A DNA stretch of 64,000 bases from Methyloceanibacter sp. (lineage in GTDB: Bacteria > Pseudomonadota > Alphaproteobacteria > Rhizobiales > Methyloligellaceae): positions 60,367 through 124,366 of the forward strand of contig DATKYG010000017.1 in NCBI GenBank assembly GCA_035528655.1, written 5' to 3'. The position numbers were made by a program, and so were the translations under genes. The notes under the pieces were generated by a model. The model did no database searches. It was not told the DNA's origin and was given only the letters and a program-made list of their open reading frames with translations. Below are positions 1 through 11,554 of this stretch, piece by piece (the stretch's first letter is position 1; each line of letters opens with the position of its first letter).

Positions 1-1
1 T

Positions 2-64
2 TACTACGGCTATGGCTACCGGCCCTATTATCGTCGTCGGCCCGGCGTCACCATCTGGTGGTAA
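2..64 (+). CDS. 3' end of a gene entering the window (Tyr/Gly/Arg-rich C-terminus YYGYGYRPYYRRRPGVTIWW*)
   Basis: Open frame from base 2 to TAA at 62-64; composition typical of small secreted rhizobial proteins; partial. Confidence 0.5.
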   Translation, partial: YYGYGYRPYYRRRPGVTIWW

Positions 65-88
65 GTTGAATTTGCGAGAGGCGCGGGA

Positions 89-1074
89 TCAGTTCCGCGC
101 CTCTTTCGCATCCCGGATGGCCACGAGCCGGTCGGTGCCGGATTCGGCGCCCCACATCTCGCCGGGGCGGCCGAGCGCCTGGCGTACCGCGGCGCCCTCC
201 CTGTCACTCGGAAGGCTCTCGAACGTCCCGGCCTGGGGGTCGAACCGCAAAATGGCGTTCGCCCCAAAATCGCTGACCCACACCATGGCGCGATCGTCCA
301 CGTAGACGGCGTAAGCGTGGGGCTCGGCGCCCGGCAGGTGATAGACCTTCCAGTGCTTGGCGACGAGATCGTATCTGCTGAGATTGCCGGCATTCCACTC
401 GCTCACCCAAAGCCGGCCCATGGAGTCCGACCAGACCCGCCGCGTCCCGGCATCTTTCGTCCTCGGTTCGATCACGGTCGTCTCGCCGGTCTCGAGGTCA
501 GGCTTGCCGAGGAGCGAGCCGGCCAGCGACACGTAGTAGATCTCGCCCGAGGGTGTCGACGCGATGCCTTAGGGCTCCCTGCCCTTCGGCGCGTTCCACC
601 CATCCATGTCCCCGGTCTTCGGATCGAGACGGCCATAGATGCCGGTCTGCCCGGTGAACCAGAGACACCCGTTGGCATCGAAGGCCGCCGTGTTGAGATT
701 GGCGTTGGTGCCGGCCTTCGGCAGCGGGAAAGCCGTCACCTGTTCGGTCGCGGCGTTGACCTGGACAATGGCGTTCAGGCCGCCATCGGTGACCCAAGCA
801 TTGCCGTGGGGGCCGAAAATGACGCCGTGGGCCGCGAGCCCTCCCCCAGTGGAATACGGGTCACCTTGCCCGTCTTGGGGTCGAGCCGGCCCAACACGCC
901 TTTGTGTTGGCCCGTATACCAGACAGTGCCGTCCGGCGCGGGCGCCACATCATGCGGATGATCGCCAGGGGCCACGTCGTAATACTGAACGGCATAGTCG
1001 CTATCGACCGCCGCCTCTCCGGCAAGAACAAACGGCAGGCAGAGGACGGCAAGCGAAAGGCGAATCCGTTGCAT
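89..1074 (-). pseudogene. Vgb (virginiamycin B lyase)-like secreted beta-propeller protein, disrupted
   Basis: Signal peptide and propeller repeats (PHDVAPAPDGTVWYTGQ, DANGCLWFTGQ, DSMGRLWVSEW); 1-nt frameshift near 830 and in-frame TAA at 569-571. Confidence 0.85.
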
Positions 1075-1139
1075 CCGGCTACCCTAGCCGCGCTCTATAA
1101 TAGACAAAGGCCCGGCACATGGACCGGCTCACAAGATCG

Positions 1140-2423
1140 TCACCTCACAGGACCGAGCGCCGCCGCCAGGCCGGCAACGAGCATGGCCGCGGTGGTCACG
1201 AGCAGTGGCTTGCCCAACGGCGCCCCACCGACGACGAAGGCGATGCCGCACTTGACCAATGTGTTGGTGAACGCCGCAATCACGAACGCCGTCACGGCGA
1301 CTTCGGCAGGTCCGCTCTTGGCGAACTCGGCCATGGTCAGCGTAATGGCGTCGACATCCGTCAGGCCGGCGATGGAGGCCACCGCATAGACTCCATTGGC
1401 TGGGAAGTACTCTTGAGCAATCTTGACCGCCACCAGCACCACGGCAAAAAACGCCGCGAACTTCGCCGCCGCGGTCAGGCTGAACGGGTTCGTGACCCTC
1501 AGGTCCCCTTTGGCGGCGGCAGGCCGCGTGGCTACGCCGTCCCGGTAGTAGAAAAGCGCAGCGAAGCCCGCGATGACCAAAGCCATCACGCCGAACGGCA
1601 CGAGCATGGGAGCCAGCAGTGCCCGGTTCAGCACTGCCACGAGAACCAACATGCGCGCGAACATCACGGCCCAGGCGACCAGAATTCCGCAGGCGAAGGC
1701 CGTCGTGTTCTCCGGATTAGCGCGGGCCTCGCGCGAGAACGACAACGTCACCGCGGTCGACGACACGAGACCGCCCGCAAGACCGGTGATAAGCGCGCCC
1801 TTCCCCGGGCCAAGCCAGCGGGTCAGCGCATAGCCGACAAGCGACAGGCTGGAGATCAGGATCACGAGCAGCCAAAGAGCGTAGGGATTGAGGGCGCCCC
1901 ACGGATCGATGGGCTTGTTCGGGAGGAGCGGCAAAGCGATGAAGGTCGCGATAAGAAGCCGCAGGCCCGCGAACACGTCGTCCCAACCGAGGCGTTTCAC
2001 GAAGCTGTGCAGCGGCCGCTTATAGGCGAGCACCGCGGCCGTGACGACACCGAGCCCGATGGCGACTTCGTGATTGCCAAGCATCACCATGGCACCGAGC
2101 AGGAAGATAACGACCGCCGCGACCTCGGTGGTGAGGCCCTTCCCGCCCTGGCTGGCGCGCGACGTAATGAGGTAACCGGCGACGACAAAGGCCCCGACGA
2201 TCAGAAGCGCCGCCGCCAAGACCCAGGGCACCGCGGCACCGCGCGACAGATAGCCCGCGCATGCGCCCAATACAGCAAGCAGGATGAAAGTCCGCAAGCC
2301 GGCGATCTGCTCGGCCTCGTGGTCGTCGGCTTTGCGTTTCTCGCGCTCGACGCCGACCAGCGCTCCGAGCAAGATCGCCATGGCGAAGTCGAGCGCGTTG
2401 TTGAGAAGCTCATGATAGGCCAT
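1140..2423 (-). CDS. MgtC/SapB-family membrane protein with DUF4010 domain
   Basis: LGALVGVERE, IAGLRTF, GLTTEVA, GGLVSSTAVT, GLTDVDAIT motifs; start taken at ATG 2423. Confidence 0.9.
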   Translation of the reverse strand: MAYHELLNNALDFAMAILLGALVGVEREKRKADDHEAEQIAGLRTFILLAVLGACAGYLSRGAAVPWVLAAALLIVGAFVVAGYLITSRASQGGKGLTTEVAAVVIFLLGAMVMLGNHEVAIGLGVVTAAVLAYKRPLHSFVKRLGWDDVFAGLRLLIATFIALPLLPNKPIDPWGALNPYALWLLVILISSLSLVGYALTRWLGPGKGALITGLAGGLVSSTAVTLSFSREARANPENTTAFACGILVAWAVMFARMLVLVAVLNRALLAPMLVPFGVMALVIAGFAALFYYRDGVATRPAAAKGDLRVTNPFSLTAAAKFAAFFAVVLVAVKIAQEYFPANGVYAVASIAGLTDVDAITLTMAEFAKSGPAEVAVTAFVIAAFTNTLVKCGIAFVVGGAPLGKPLLVTTAAMLVAGLAAALGPVR

Positions 2424-2470
2424 GCCACTCTCCCAAGGCGCAACCCCGCGACACACATGCGTAGTCGGAG

Positions 2471-3574
2471 CTACGCAGCCGCCGCCTTGCGGTGCTCGGG
2501 GTAGAGCAATGCTAGCCCCTCGCGCGTGCCGGGCGTGATGCCGCGTTCGGTGATGAAGCCGGTGATGAGGCGCGCCGGCGTCACGTCGAAGGCGTAGTTC
2601 GCAGCCGGGCTTCCCTCCGGCGTGATGGTCACGGTCGCAACCGTGCCGTCGGACAGCCGGCCCGTCATATGAGTGACTTCGCGCGCATCGCGCTCCTCGA
2701 TGGGAATGGCACGGCCGTCGTCCAGGCTCCAATCGATGGTCGAGTGCGGCAACGCCACAAAGAATTGGACGCCGTTATCCTTGGCGACGAGCGCCTTGAG
2801 ATAGGTGCCGATCTTGTTGGCGACATCGCCGTTGGCGGTGGTGCGGTCGGTGCCGACGATGCACAGATCCACCATCTTGTGCTGCATCAGATGACCGCCG
2901 GTATTGTCGGCAATGATCGTATGGGGCACGCCGTGCGCCCCAAGCTCGTAAGCGGTGAGCGAGGCCCCCTGATTGCGCGGCCGCGTCTCGTCCACCCACA
3001 CATGGACGGGGATGCCTTCGTCATGGGCCCGGTAGATCGGCGCCAGCGCCGTTCCCCAATCGACGGTGGCAAGCCAGCCGGCGTTGCAATGGGTGAGGAT
3101 ATTGACCCTTTTCCCCTTCTTCTTCTCGGCGTGCGCCCGGATCAGCCCGACTCCGTGCTCGCCGATTTTGCGGCAGGTTTCCACATCCTCGTCGCAGATC
3201 GCCGCGGCGCGGGCAAAAGCCGCCGCAACGCGGGCTTCATGCGGCTGATTGCGGACGGCCTTCTGCATTCCGTCGAGCGCCCAGCGCAGGTTTACGGCGG
3301 TCGGCCGCGTCGCGGCGAGCACCTCGCAGGCGCGGTCGAGAGCCTCGTCGGACGAATCGGCGCGCAGCGCGATTGCCACCCCGTAAGCCGCCGTGGCGCC
3401 GATCAGCGGCGCCCCGCGCACTTGCATGGAGGCGATTGCATGGGCCGCATCTTCAAGCGTCCTGAGCGTGACGACCTCAAGCGCGAAGGGCAGCTTGGTC
3501 TGGTCGATGATCTCGGCCGAGGCACCGTCAGCCCCGAGCCAAATGGTGCGGTAAGGTTTCCCGTCGATGTTCAT
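2471..3574 (-). CDS. mtnA: S-methyl-5-thioribose-1-phosphate isomerase
   Basis: [38 protein letters not shown] motifs. Confidence 0.96.
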   Translation of the reverse strand: MNIDGKPYRTIWLGADGASAEIIDQTKLPFALEVVTLRTLEDAAHAIASMQVRGAPLIGATAAYGVAIALRADSSDEALDRACEVLAATRPTAVNLRWALDGMQKAVRNQPHEARVAAAFARAAAICDEDVETCRKIGEHGVGLIRAHAEKKKGKRVNILTHCNAGWLATVDWGTALAPIYRAHDEGIPVHVWVDETRPRNQGASLTAYELGAHGVPHTIIADNTGGHLMQHKMVDLCIVGTDRTTANGDVANKIGTYLKALVAKDNGVQFFVALPHSTIDWSLDDGRAIPIEERDAREVTHMTGRLSDGTVATVTITPEGSPAANYAFDVTPARLITGFITERGITPGTREGLALLYPEHRKAAAA

Positions 3575-3650
3575 GGGCCTGCCTTAGCACAGCCCCGCCT
3601 CCAAGAGGAACCACAGCAACGCTCTTGAGCCAGATGGCTGGAGGTCCCGC

Positions 3651-5097
3651 CTATGCCGCCTTGGTTCCGCAGCCCGCAAGCGCGTGCGTGCCAAGCCACT
3701 CCTCCAGCGCCGGAACCTCAAGCGGCCGCGCGATGAAGTACCCTTGCGCCTCCTCACACCCAGCCTCGGTGACGCGATCCAACGCCTCCTGGGTCTCGAC
3801 GCCTTCGGCCACCACCCGGTAGCTGAGCTCGTGCACCATGGTCACCATGGTTCCGGTCCCGCCATGCGGTAATTTGGGAGAGAGCCGCCTCGATCACCCA
3901 GTCGGTCAGCGGACCAATCAGAGCAGTCCGCTCAACAAGCGGAATGAACTCATCCGGTGGAATGTTGCCGAGACGGAAATGGCTCCACCGCAGCAGAGCC
4001 TCGGCGCTGACGCAGCGCCCCGTGGCGATATCGATCCGCGGTTGGTAGACCAGCCTGAGCTGATCCGGCGCTATCAATGCGTTGCGCATCCCGCTGAGAA
4101 GGGCAAAGCGCCGCTGATGTCGCTCATCCATGGCCCGCGAATGTGTTCCGACCGTCAGGCCAGCCTCGCGGGCGTCGAGCGCCGCGCCATGGGCGATGCG
4201 GAGAAGCTCTACCGGGGCCATCTGTCCGAGTCGAAATGGCACAATGCCGAAGACCGAATGTGTCGACACCGGAATGCTGCTTGTTTCCACGCTGGCGGAC
4301 AGAAGCATCTGTGCGTCGGCGATCTTTTCGCGCAACAGCGGATCGTCCTGCGCCAGGAGAAGAAGGTCCGTACTGCCCACTTGGTAGAGGGACACCGTCG
4401 TACCAAAAGCCGAACACAACGCGTTCTTGCCGAATCTCACCAAGTCGTCGACATAGGATGGCCCGACCGCACGACTCGCCCCGGTGAGCTGCTCGGTATC
4501 CGCAAGACTGACCAGAACCGCAGCGCGCTTTCCATTGGCATGGTCTCGGGCGAGGTCTTCCAAATCCTCGAGCAGTTGGTTGCGATTGGGCAGATCACTC
4601 ACCGGGTCCATGCGGCCGAATGCGTGCTGCAACTCAATCTGAGCCATCACGATGGCCGCGAGATCCTTCAGCGCCGTCAACTCTTGGCTGGTGACGGCCC
4701 TCGGCTCCGGCCCGAGCACGCACATCGAGCCGAGGCCAAACCCCTCGCGAGTCACGAGCGGCACGCCGGCATAGAAGCGCACGCCCGCATTGGCCAGCGG
4801 GCTGTCGCTGTAATAAGCATCCTCAAGCAAATCCGGCACCACGACCACGTCGCGGCAGCTCGCGACTTGAGCGCAAGGCGCCTTGTCGCGGGGGATCTGC
4901 TGGGCCTCGACGCCCACCCGCGACTTGAACCACTGACGATCCTCGTCCGTGAGCGACACGGCGGAGATCGGCAGGTGGAACAACTGGCTCGCCATGCGCG
5001 TGATGCGGTCGAACGCCTCGCTTGGCGGCGTATCGAGCAGGCCGAGATCGCGCAAGGCGCTTAGTCTCGCTTCCTCCCGTTCAGCGTCTGCCAGCAT
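3651..5097 (-). pseudogene. GAF-(degenerate GGDEF)-EAL protein with internal deletion and frameshift in the EAL domain
   Basis: GAF (LDTPPSEAFDRIT...FYAGVPL), EAL start (YQP...AEALLRW); jumps near 3850 to EAL C-terminus (VVAEGVE...QGYFIARP) in another frame. Confidence 0.85.
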
Positions 5098-5283
5098 CGT
5101 CGCGGATCCCGTTCAAGCATCATCGTCCGCGCGCCTTTTGGAAGGCGAGCGGCGGCAAAAAAACATGACGATATCGTGACTTATGAAGTTGAAGGATCGC
5201 CTTTGCCGGCCCGGGCAATTGGCTGGACCGCGTAAAGGACTCGTTAAGCAAGCGCGGGGCGGCGCCCAAAGTGCCGCAAGACC

Positions 5284-5829
5284 CTACTCGCCTTCGAAGG
5301 AGATCAGCGTGTGGCACTCCACGCCAAGCTCGGCCAGGCGGGCGCAGCCGCCAAGATCGGGCAGATCGATGACGAAGGCGGCGCCGATGACCTCGGCTTT
5401 CAGCTGGCGCAGGAGCTTCACCGCGGCCACCGCGGTGCCGCCCGTGGCGATCAGATCGTCCACCAGAAGAACCGGCTCACCAACGCTGAGCGCGTCCTCA
5501 TGGATTTCGATGACATCGACGCCGTATTCGAGCTCGTAGTCCTGACCGATCGCCTTAGCGGGCAGCTTGCCCTTCTTGCGGATCGGCACGAAGCCGCAAT
5601 GCAGACGGTCCGCCGCCGCGCCACCGAGGATGAACCCGCGCGCCTCGATACCGGCGACCGATTCGACCCGCTGATCGTGGAACGGCTTGACCAGTTGCTC
5701 GACGCAAGCCTTGAAACCCGACGCGTGGCCGAGCAGCGTGGTGATGTCGCGGAACATGATGCCGGGCTTCGGATAGTCCGGTATGGTCCGCACGAGACCC
5801 TTTAGATCTATGTCCGTCGTCGAAGTCAT
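5284..5829 (-). CDS. apt: Adenine phosphoribosyltransferase
   Basis: [33 protein letters not shown]-binding loop. Confidence 0.97.
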   Translation of the reverse strand: MTSTTDIDLKGLVRTIPDYPKPGIMFRDITTLLGHASGFKACVEQLVKPFHDQRVESVAGIEARGFILGGAAADRLHCGFVPIRKKGKLPAKAIGQDYELEYGVDVIEIHEDALSVGEPVLLVDDLIATGGTAVAAVKLLRQLKAEVIGAAFVIDLPDLGGCARLAELGVECHTLISFEGE

Positions 5830-5956
5830 TGAGGGTCTCTCCGTAAGATGATGGGCGAGAGCGCAAGGCGAATGCTCGCGCCTCGGTGCCTATAGTCGAA
5901 CCGAACGCGGCTGGCTAGTCGAGACGCCGGCACGCGCTACCAAGAGGGTTAACGCC

Positions 5957-6178
5957 ATGACCGACGGTGCCGAACCTGTCACCATTCGCGATATCGACGT
6001 GCCGTTCTGGCGGATCGTCATGATCCTCATCAAATGGTCCATCGCGGCCATTCCGGCGGCAATCATCGTCGGCATTCTCTACGCCGTGATTTTCGGGCTG
6101 ATTGGCGGGCTCGCCGTCGGCGTCATGGAGGTCCTAGGGATCGCGATCCCGGATGTGCCGACCCCACCCACGCCGTAA
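5957..6178 (+). CDS. Small membrane protein (hypothetical)
   Basis: VTIRDIDVPFWRIV followed by a long hydrophobic stretch; GAGGG upstream; fills the gap between apt and mtnP. Confidence 0.75.
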   Translation: MTDGAEPVTIRDIDVPFWRIVMILIKWSIAAIPAAIIVGILYAVIFGLIGGLAVGVMEVLGIAIPDVPTPPTP

Positions 6179-6184
6179 CGCGCC

Positions 6185-7060
6185 TCAGCCATTCAGCACG
6201 CGGCCGGCGACCGCGTCGAGTTTCTTCAAGAGTTCCGGGTCACGCGCCTCCGGCGCGGTGATGATCGCCGTATCCAGCGCCCGGTCCGAGCCGATCGGGC
6301 ATGGCTCGTGCTCGCGGGGAAAATCCTTCGCCAGACGCGCCACGAGCTTGGTGGCCTTGTCGGCATTCGCCATCAACACGCGGATGATGTCCTGCACCGT
6401 CACAGCATCATGGTCCGGATGCCAGCAGTCGAAATCGGTGACCATGGCGACGGTCGCGTAACAGAGCTCCGCCTCGCGGGCGAGCTTCGCTTCGGGGAGA
6501 TTAGTCATGCCGATGACCGCGTAGCCGAGCCCCTTATAAGTGAGGCTCTCGGCGAGCGTGGAAAATTGCGGCCCCTCCATACACACATAGGTGCCCTCGC
6601 GCACCGCCGAGATGCCTTCGGCGTCCGCCGCCTCGGCGATCCGCATGCGCAGCCGTGGCGACGTGGGATGGGCCATGGAGACATGGGCGACGCAGCCCGT
6701 GCCGAAGAAGGAGCTGGCGCGGCCGAAGGTGCGGTCCACGAACTGGTCGACAATGACGAAGGTGCCTGGCGGCAGCTCTTCCTTGAACGAACCGCAGGCC
6801 GACAGCGAGATGAGGTCGGTGACCCCGGCCCGCTTCATGACATCGATATTGGCGCGATAATTGATGTCGGAGGGGCTCAGCCGGTGTCCCTTGTCGTGGC
6901 GCGACATGAATACGATGGGCAGCCCGTCGATGTCGCCGATGCGCAGCGGCGCCGACGGCGGCCCCCACGGGCTCTCGATGCGCTCCTCGCGCACGTTCTG
7001 GAGCCCCGGAAGATCGTAAAGCCCCGAGCCACCGATAATGCCGAGCACCGCTTTCGTCAT
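6185..7060 (-). CDS. mtnP: S-methyl-5'-thioadenosine phosphorylase
   Basis: GIIGGSG, INYRANI, EGPQFST, GMTNLPEAKLARE, VTDFDCW. Confidence 0.96.
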   Translation of the reverse strand: MTKAVLGIIGGSGLYDLPGLQNVREERIESPWGPPSAPLRIGDIDGLPIVFMSRHDKGHRLSPSDINYRANIDVMKRAGVTDLISLSACGSFKEELPPGTFVIVDQFVDRTFGRASSFFGTGCVAHVSMAHPTSPRLRMRIAEAADAEGISAVREGTYVCMEGPQFSTLAESLTYKGLGYAVIGMTNLPEAKLAREAELCYATVAMVTDFDCWHPDHDAVTVQDIIRVLMANADKATKLVARLAKDFPREHEPCPIGSDRALDTAIITAPEARDPELLKKLDAVAGRVLNG

Positions 7061-7128
7061 GTCACCCCCTGCACGCTACTTCGAAGCCGACCGCGGTGAT
7101 CGCGGCAAGCCACGAACCTTACAAGCGG

Positions 7129-7803
7129 CTATTGGATAGTTCGATTCCAAACAACCGCGACATTTGAGCTGAGCCTGCCGAGTGGGAGGCCGCTATGGAC
7201 GATCTTGACCCCAGGCCAAGCGGCGCACTCGCGTTCAAGCACGCGGGAGGAAAGGAATTCAAGGTTATCGGGAGCGGCCCAGTAGTCGAACCGAGTGGAC
7301 TTGAGCGCGTGGCGCAAAAGGGCAGGCGAAAAGTGAAGCAAGAGAATGCCGGTATGATGCTCAACGGGAAACCATCGGTTGGGCACGGCTATGAAGACAT
7401 TGCGCGCGACTCGCATTGCGTCGCTGAGGAAGCGGTGCCGCGCTCCGGCGTTTCCGACATGCTCCAGCACCGCATTCGAATAGGCAATGTCGAACGCCCC
7501 GTCCGCGAACGGCAGCGGATGCCCCGGCACTATCCGCACATAACCAACATTCGGATAGGCCGCCCTGATCTCTGCGCCGTCGCCCAGCGCCGCGCAGGTG
7601 ATCTTGTCAGGGTAAGGATAGAGCTTCTCAAGGAAGTTGGTGTTCTCGTTGTCCACGGTCGAGCAGCCAATGTCCAAAATGCTCGTGCCGGGCTCAGACA
7701 GAAATTCCCGGCAAAAAAGCGCGTGCAGCCGGCTGCGGGCGACCCCAAGAAAGAAGCTCGCTGAAGGAAACCGCATCGACCGGTAAAAGACGGAATCGTC
7801 CAC
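7129..7803 (-). CDS. Class I SAM-dependent methyltransferase
   Basis: ILDIGC motif I, LPFADGAFDIAYSNAVLEHV, PNRWFPVEHH. Confidence 0.85.
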   Translation of the reverse strand: MDDSVFYRSMRFPSASFFLGVARSRLHALFCREFLSEPGTSILDIGCSTVDNENTNFLEKLYPYPDKITCAALGDGAEIRAAYPNVGYVRIVPGHPLPFADGAFDIAYSNAVLEHVGNAGARHRFLSDAMRVARNVFIAVPNRWFPVEHHTGILLLHFSPALLRHALKSTRFDYWAAPDNLEFLSSRVLERECAAWPGVKIVHSGLPLGRLSSNVAVVWNRTIQ

Positions 7804-7917
7804 GGCACCTCGCCCCCCCGGGGCACAGCGGGCATCGCAGGCTGATTGGCCGTCAAGCGGGTATCCCGCCGGCGCACTCAGTAGGGGGCAGGACGGCTAG
7901 CCGACCATCGTGGCCGG

Positions 7918-8472
7918 TCACTCGCCGACATGCATATAGACCAGCGCCCAGACGTGACTGCCGCGGTTTCCCGAGCCTACCGTCTCCCCTTCGGCGCGCG
8001 TATTGACGAGCCAAATCGGCCCCTGCTGACCGATGCCGAGCGGCTTCCCGTCGGCCGAGAGCGCCAAGATCCAATCGGAGCGATCGATGTCTTCGGGCAA
8101 GAGGTAGCCGGAATAACCGTCCGCCGCCACGAATGTGGTCTTCGCCTTCGCCGCCTCGATATAGCCCAGCACCTCACGGAGCAGTGGGCCGGAGAAGGTG
8201 GCCGGCTCGCCGAATTCCTTGGGCTGCGCCGTCACTTCGCCTTGCGGCAGGGCCAACAGCATCGCGCGGTCGAACGCAAAACCGTATTTGAAGTTCGCCT
8301 TAAAGCTCGCAAGCAGACTGTCGCGCTTGGCGTCGAGCGGGCCGCGATTGGGCTTGCCGACGAAGCCGCCGACCGTGAGCAGCACCATGCCTTCAGGCGC
8401 GGGTCCCTCATCGGCGGCAAGCGCTGGAAGACTGAGAAGCGCGATAAGCAGAGCTGCCAGCACACGCTTCAT
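7918..8472 (-). CDS. Secreted protein, molybdopterin-oxidoreductase-like fold
   Basis: Signal peptide; FSGPLLREVL, AADGY, GKPLGIGQQGPIWLV resemble MsrP/Oxidored_molyb-like periplasmic proteins. Confidence 0.7.
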   Translation of the reverse strand: MKRVLAALLIALLSLPALAADEGPAPEGMVLLTVGGFVGKPNRGPLDAKRDSLLASFKANFKYGFAFDRAMLLALPQGEVTAQPKEFGEPATFSGPLLREVLGYIEAAKAKTTFVAADGYSGYLLPEDIDRSDWILALSADGKPLGIGQQGPIWLVNTRAEGETVGSGNRGSHVWALVYMHVGE

Positions 8473-8481
8473 GGCTGCGCC

Positions 8482-9303
8482 TTATGCGTTGTGAGCGTGA
8501 TCGCGGCGGTGCAGGCGGGCCCACACGGCACGCTTGGAAAGATACATAATCACGGCAAACACGAGCAGGAAGATCATCACCCGCGCGCCGAGCTTGTGCC
8601 GCTCTTCCAGCTTGGGCTCCGCCGCCCACATGAGGAAGGCTGACACGTCCTTGGCATAGTTGTCGACCGTGGGCTTGGTCCCGTCAGTATAGGGGACTAC
8701 CCCGTCGACCAACGGGTTCGGCATGGCAATCTGGTGGCCCGGAAACGCCGTGTTGTACTGCATGCCCTGAGTGAGATCGAAGCCGGCCGGCGGCTTCCGA
8801 TAACCGGTCAGCAGCGCGTAGATATAGTCGGGGCCGCCCTCCCGGGCCTTGGCGATGACCGACAGGTCCGGCGGCAATGCGCCGTTATTCGCCGCCCGTG
8901 CGGCCTGATCGTTGGCAAAGGGCGAACGGAACGGATCGGCTGCACGCCCCGGCCTCTGGAACATCTGGCCCTTGTCGTCCGGCCCGTCGGTCACCTGCAC
9001 TTGCGCGGCGAGCGTCTCGATGGCCTTCGGTGAGAAATGCGGGCCGCCGAGCTCGCCGAGATTCCGATAGGACAAGAACCGCATCGAATGACAATTCGCG
9101 CAGATCTCCTTGTAGACGCGATAGCCGCGCTGCAGCTGCGCCTGGTTGAACGACCCTAAGGGCGGCGCGAAGGACCAATCCTGCGCCTCGATCTCCGAAC
9201 CGTGACCGTTGGCGGCCTCCTCGGCCCGCGCCGCGCCGGGCAGAACCATGCCGAGACCGGCAAGGGCAACCAAAGCGGCCGCGGGAATGCGTGCAATCCT
9301 CAT
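8482..9303 (-). CDS. petC: Cytochrome c1
   Basis: Signal peptide, CANCH heme motif, PPDLS, C-terminal TM; ATG overlaps petB stop. Confidence 0.96.
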   Translation of the reverse strand: MRIARIPAAALVALAGLGMVLPGAARAEEAANGHGSEIEAQDWSFAPPLGSFNQAQLQRGYRVYKEICANCHSMRFLSYRNLGELGGPHFSPKAIETLAAQVQVTDGPDDKGQMFQRPGRAADPFRSPFANDQAARAANNGALPPDLSVIAKAREGGPDYIYALLTGYRKPPAGFDLTQGMQYNTAFPGHQIAMPNPLVDGVVPYTDGTKPTVDNYAKDVSAFLMWAAEPKLEERHKLGARVMIFLLVFAVIMYLSKRAVWARLHRRDHAHNA

Positions 9304-10598
9304 CACGCCACTCCCTCGCGTACGGGTTCTTGTGAGGCAGGCGGCGGCTCGGCCGCTCGCGACGGCTCCGGCCCGAGCACAGATTGGGTGATGCTGCCGG
9401 GAAGCTTCTTCGGCCGCTCGATCAACCCGACGATGGGCATGACCAGCAGGAAGAACGCGAAATAGTAGAACGTGGCCAACCGTCCGAAGAACAGATACCA
9501 GCCCTCCGGCGCCTGCGAGCCGAGATAGCCGAGCCCGAGGCAGGTGATCACGAACAGCCAGAAGAACCATTTGTAGATCGGCCGGTAGCGCGTCGAGCGG
9601 ATGCGCGACGTATCGAGCCACGGGATGAAAACCAGAACGCCGATCGACCCGAGCAGGCCGATCACGCCGAACAGCTTGTTCGGGATAGCGCGCAGGATCG
9701 CGTAGAACGGCAGGAAGTACCACTCCGGCACGATATGCGGCGGCGTCTGCAACGGATTGGCCGGGATGTAGTTGTCGGCGTGGCCGAGCAGGTTCGGGGC
9801 GTAGAATAGGAGCGCGGCGAACAGCAGCAGGAACATGACGAGCGCGAAGCCATCCTTGATCGAGTAGTAGGGATGGAACGGGATCGTATCCTTCTCCGTC
9901 TTCACCTCGACGCCCGTGGGATTGTTGCTGCCCGCCACATGCAGCGCCCAGATATGCAAAATCACGATCCCGGCGATCACGAACGGGAACAGATAGTGCA
10001 AGGCGTAAAGCCGGTTCAGCGTCGGACCACCGACGGAGAAGCCCCCCCAGATCCACTCGACGAGCGTGGTGCCGAGACCGGGGATCAATGAATCGAGCGA
10101 CGAGAACAGGTTGGTGATGACGGTCACCGCCCAGAAGCTCATCTGCCCCCACACCAACGAATAGCCCATAAAGGCGGTGGCGATCATCAGCAGCAGAATC
10201 ACCACGCCCAAAATCCACAGCACCTCGCGCGGCGCCTTGTAGGAACCGTAATAGAGGCCGCGGAACGAATGGATGTAGACGGCGAGGAAGAACATCGAGG
10301 CGCCGACCGCATGCGCGTAGCGCAACAGCCAGCCCCAATTCACGTCGCGCATGATCTTCTCAACGGAATCGAACGCACCCTCGGGCGTCGGCACGAAATG
10401 CATGGCGAGCACGATGCCCGTCATCATCTGCACGGCCAGCATGAAGGCAAGAATGCCGCCGAAGGTCCACCAATAGTTCAGATTGCGCGGCGTCGGGATG
10501 ACCATGAACTGGTCATGCATCACCCGCGGGATCGGCAAGCGCGTGTCGAGCCATTTCTCGATGCCGCTTGCCGGCTGATAGGTAGAGGGATGCGCCAT
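9303..10598 (-). CDS. petB: Cytochrome b
   Basis: [29 protein letters not shown]. Confidence 0.98.
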   Translation of the reverse strand: MAHPSTYQPASGIEKWLDTRLPIPRVMHDQFMVIPTPRNLNYWWTFGGILAFMLAVQMMTGIVLAMHFVPTPEGAFDSVEKIMRDVNWGWLLRYAHAVGASMFFLAVYIHSFRGLYYGSYKAPREVLWILGVVILLLMIATAFMGYSLVWGQMSFWAVTVITNLFSSLDSLIPGLGTTLVEWIWGGFSVGGPTLNRLYALHYLFPFVIAGIVILHIWALHVAGSNNPTGVEVKTEKDTIPFHPYYSIKDGFALVMFLLLFAALLFYAPNLLGHADNYIPANPLQTPPHIVPEWYFLPFYAILRAIPNKLFGVIGLLGSIGVLVFIPWLDTSRIRSTRYRPIYKWFFWLFVITCLGLGYLGSQAPEGWYLFFGRLATFYYFAFFLLVMPIVGLIERPKKLPGSITQSVLGPEPSRAAEPPPASQEPVREGVA

Positions 10599-10606
10599 GG
10601 GGCCGC

Positions 10607-11209
10607 TTATCCGATTTTGATTTTGGTTTCAGACTCGAAGGCATAAGGCGGGATGTACATATTCTGCGGCGCCGGGCCGATGCGAATACGGCCCGCGGTG
10701 TCGTATTGCGATCCGTGGCACGGACAGAACCAGCCCCCAAACTCACCCTTGTAGTCGCCCACAGCCTGGCCTTTCGGGATGCAGCCAAGATGGGTGCAGA
10801 TGCCGATCATCACCAGCCACGGCTCGCGCTCGCTCGCGGCGCGATTGGCGTCGGTGGCCGGCGCATCCTCGGGAAGATTGGCGTTGCGCGCGAGCGGGTC
10901 GACCAACTTGTCGAGCTTGACGTCCTTCGCCTCCTCGATCTCCTTCGCCGTGCGGTGGCGAATGAAGATGGGCTTGCCGCGCCACATCACGGTGATGGCC
11001 TGCCCCTCCTCGATCGGAGCGATGTCCACCTCGGTACTGGCCAGCGACAGCGTCGAGGCGTCGGGGTTCATCTGGTCGAGCAGCGGCCACAACATGGCCG
11101 CGCCGCCGATCGCGGCAAACGCGCCGGCGCCGATCAGAATGACGTCGCGCCGCGAGGGGTCATCGTCTGGCACGAGGGAAGGGTCGGTCGAAATGTCGGG
11201 ATCGGCCAC
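10607..11209 (-). CDS. petA: Rieske Fe-S subunit of the bc1 complex
   Basis: Tat-like SRRD, CTHLGC and CPCHGS; start taken at GTG 11209. Confidence 0.96.
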   Translation of the reverse strand: MADPDISTDPSLVPDDDPSRRDVILIGAGAFAAIGGAAMLWPLLDQMNPDASTLSLASTEVDIAPIEEGQAITVMWRGKPIFIRHRTAKEIEEAKDVKLDKLVDPLARNANLPEDAPATDANRAASEREPWLVMIGICTHLGCIPKGQAVGDYKGEFGGWFCPCHGSQYDTAGRIRIGPAPQNMYIPPYAFESETKIKIG

Positions 11210-11448
11210 GGGCCAAGAGCTCCTGATTATCCAAGGAGCCGGAGAGAGCAATGCCCAGCCCCTCGGCTCTTGAAAGCCGGCAACAGACACGCCGAGCTTC
11301 TGTTATTGCCTCTCCGATGCCGTGGTCCGGCATGCATTGGTGCCGTTTTCTGGCATCAGTGCCCTGGGTTGTCCAGGTCTCGTTACCTGGGCAAATTGGC
11401 GCACACGCTGCCGAACCAACCGCTAGCACGGGCTGACCTGCCAAGAGT

Positions 11449-11462
11449 TTGATCCCTATCAA
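11449..11462. promoter_or_regulatory. FNR/FixK-type box between divergent petA and hemF
   Basis: TTGATCCCTATCAA, exact TTGAT-N4-ATCAA consensus. Confidence 0.75.
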
Positions 11463-11554
11463 GGTCGCGCGCGCATACCCGCGATGCCATTCCCCCAGCA
11501 AAGCGGGTATAGGAAAGGCCGAAGAAGCGTCTGTAACGCTTCCCTCAGAAGCCC

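Noticed and set aside
2424-2732. N-terminal extension of the MgtC/DUF4010 ORF
   Set aside because: Overlaps mtnA; family match begins at ATG 2423
9304-10338. N-terminal extension of the 618-aa ORF 8482-10338
   Set aside because: Alternate frame over petB; cytochrome c1 starts at 9303
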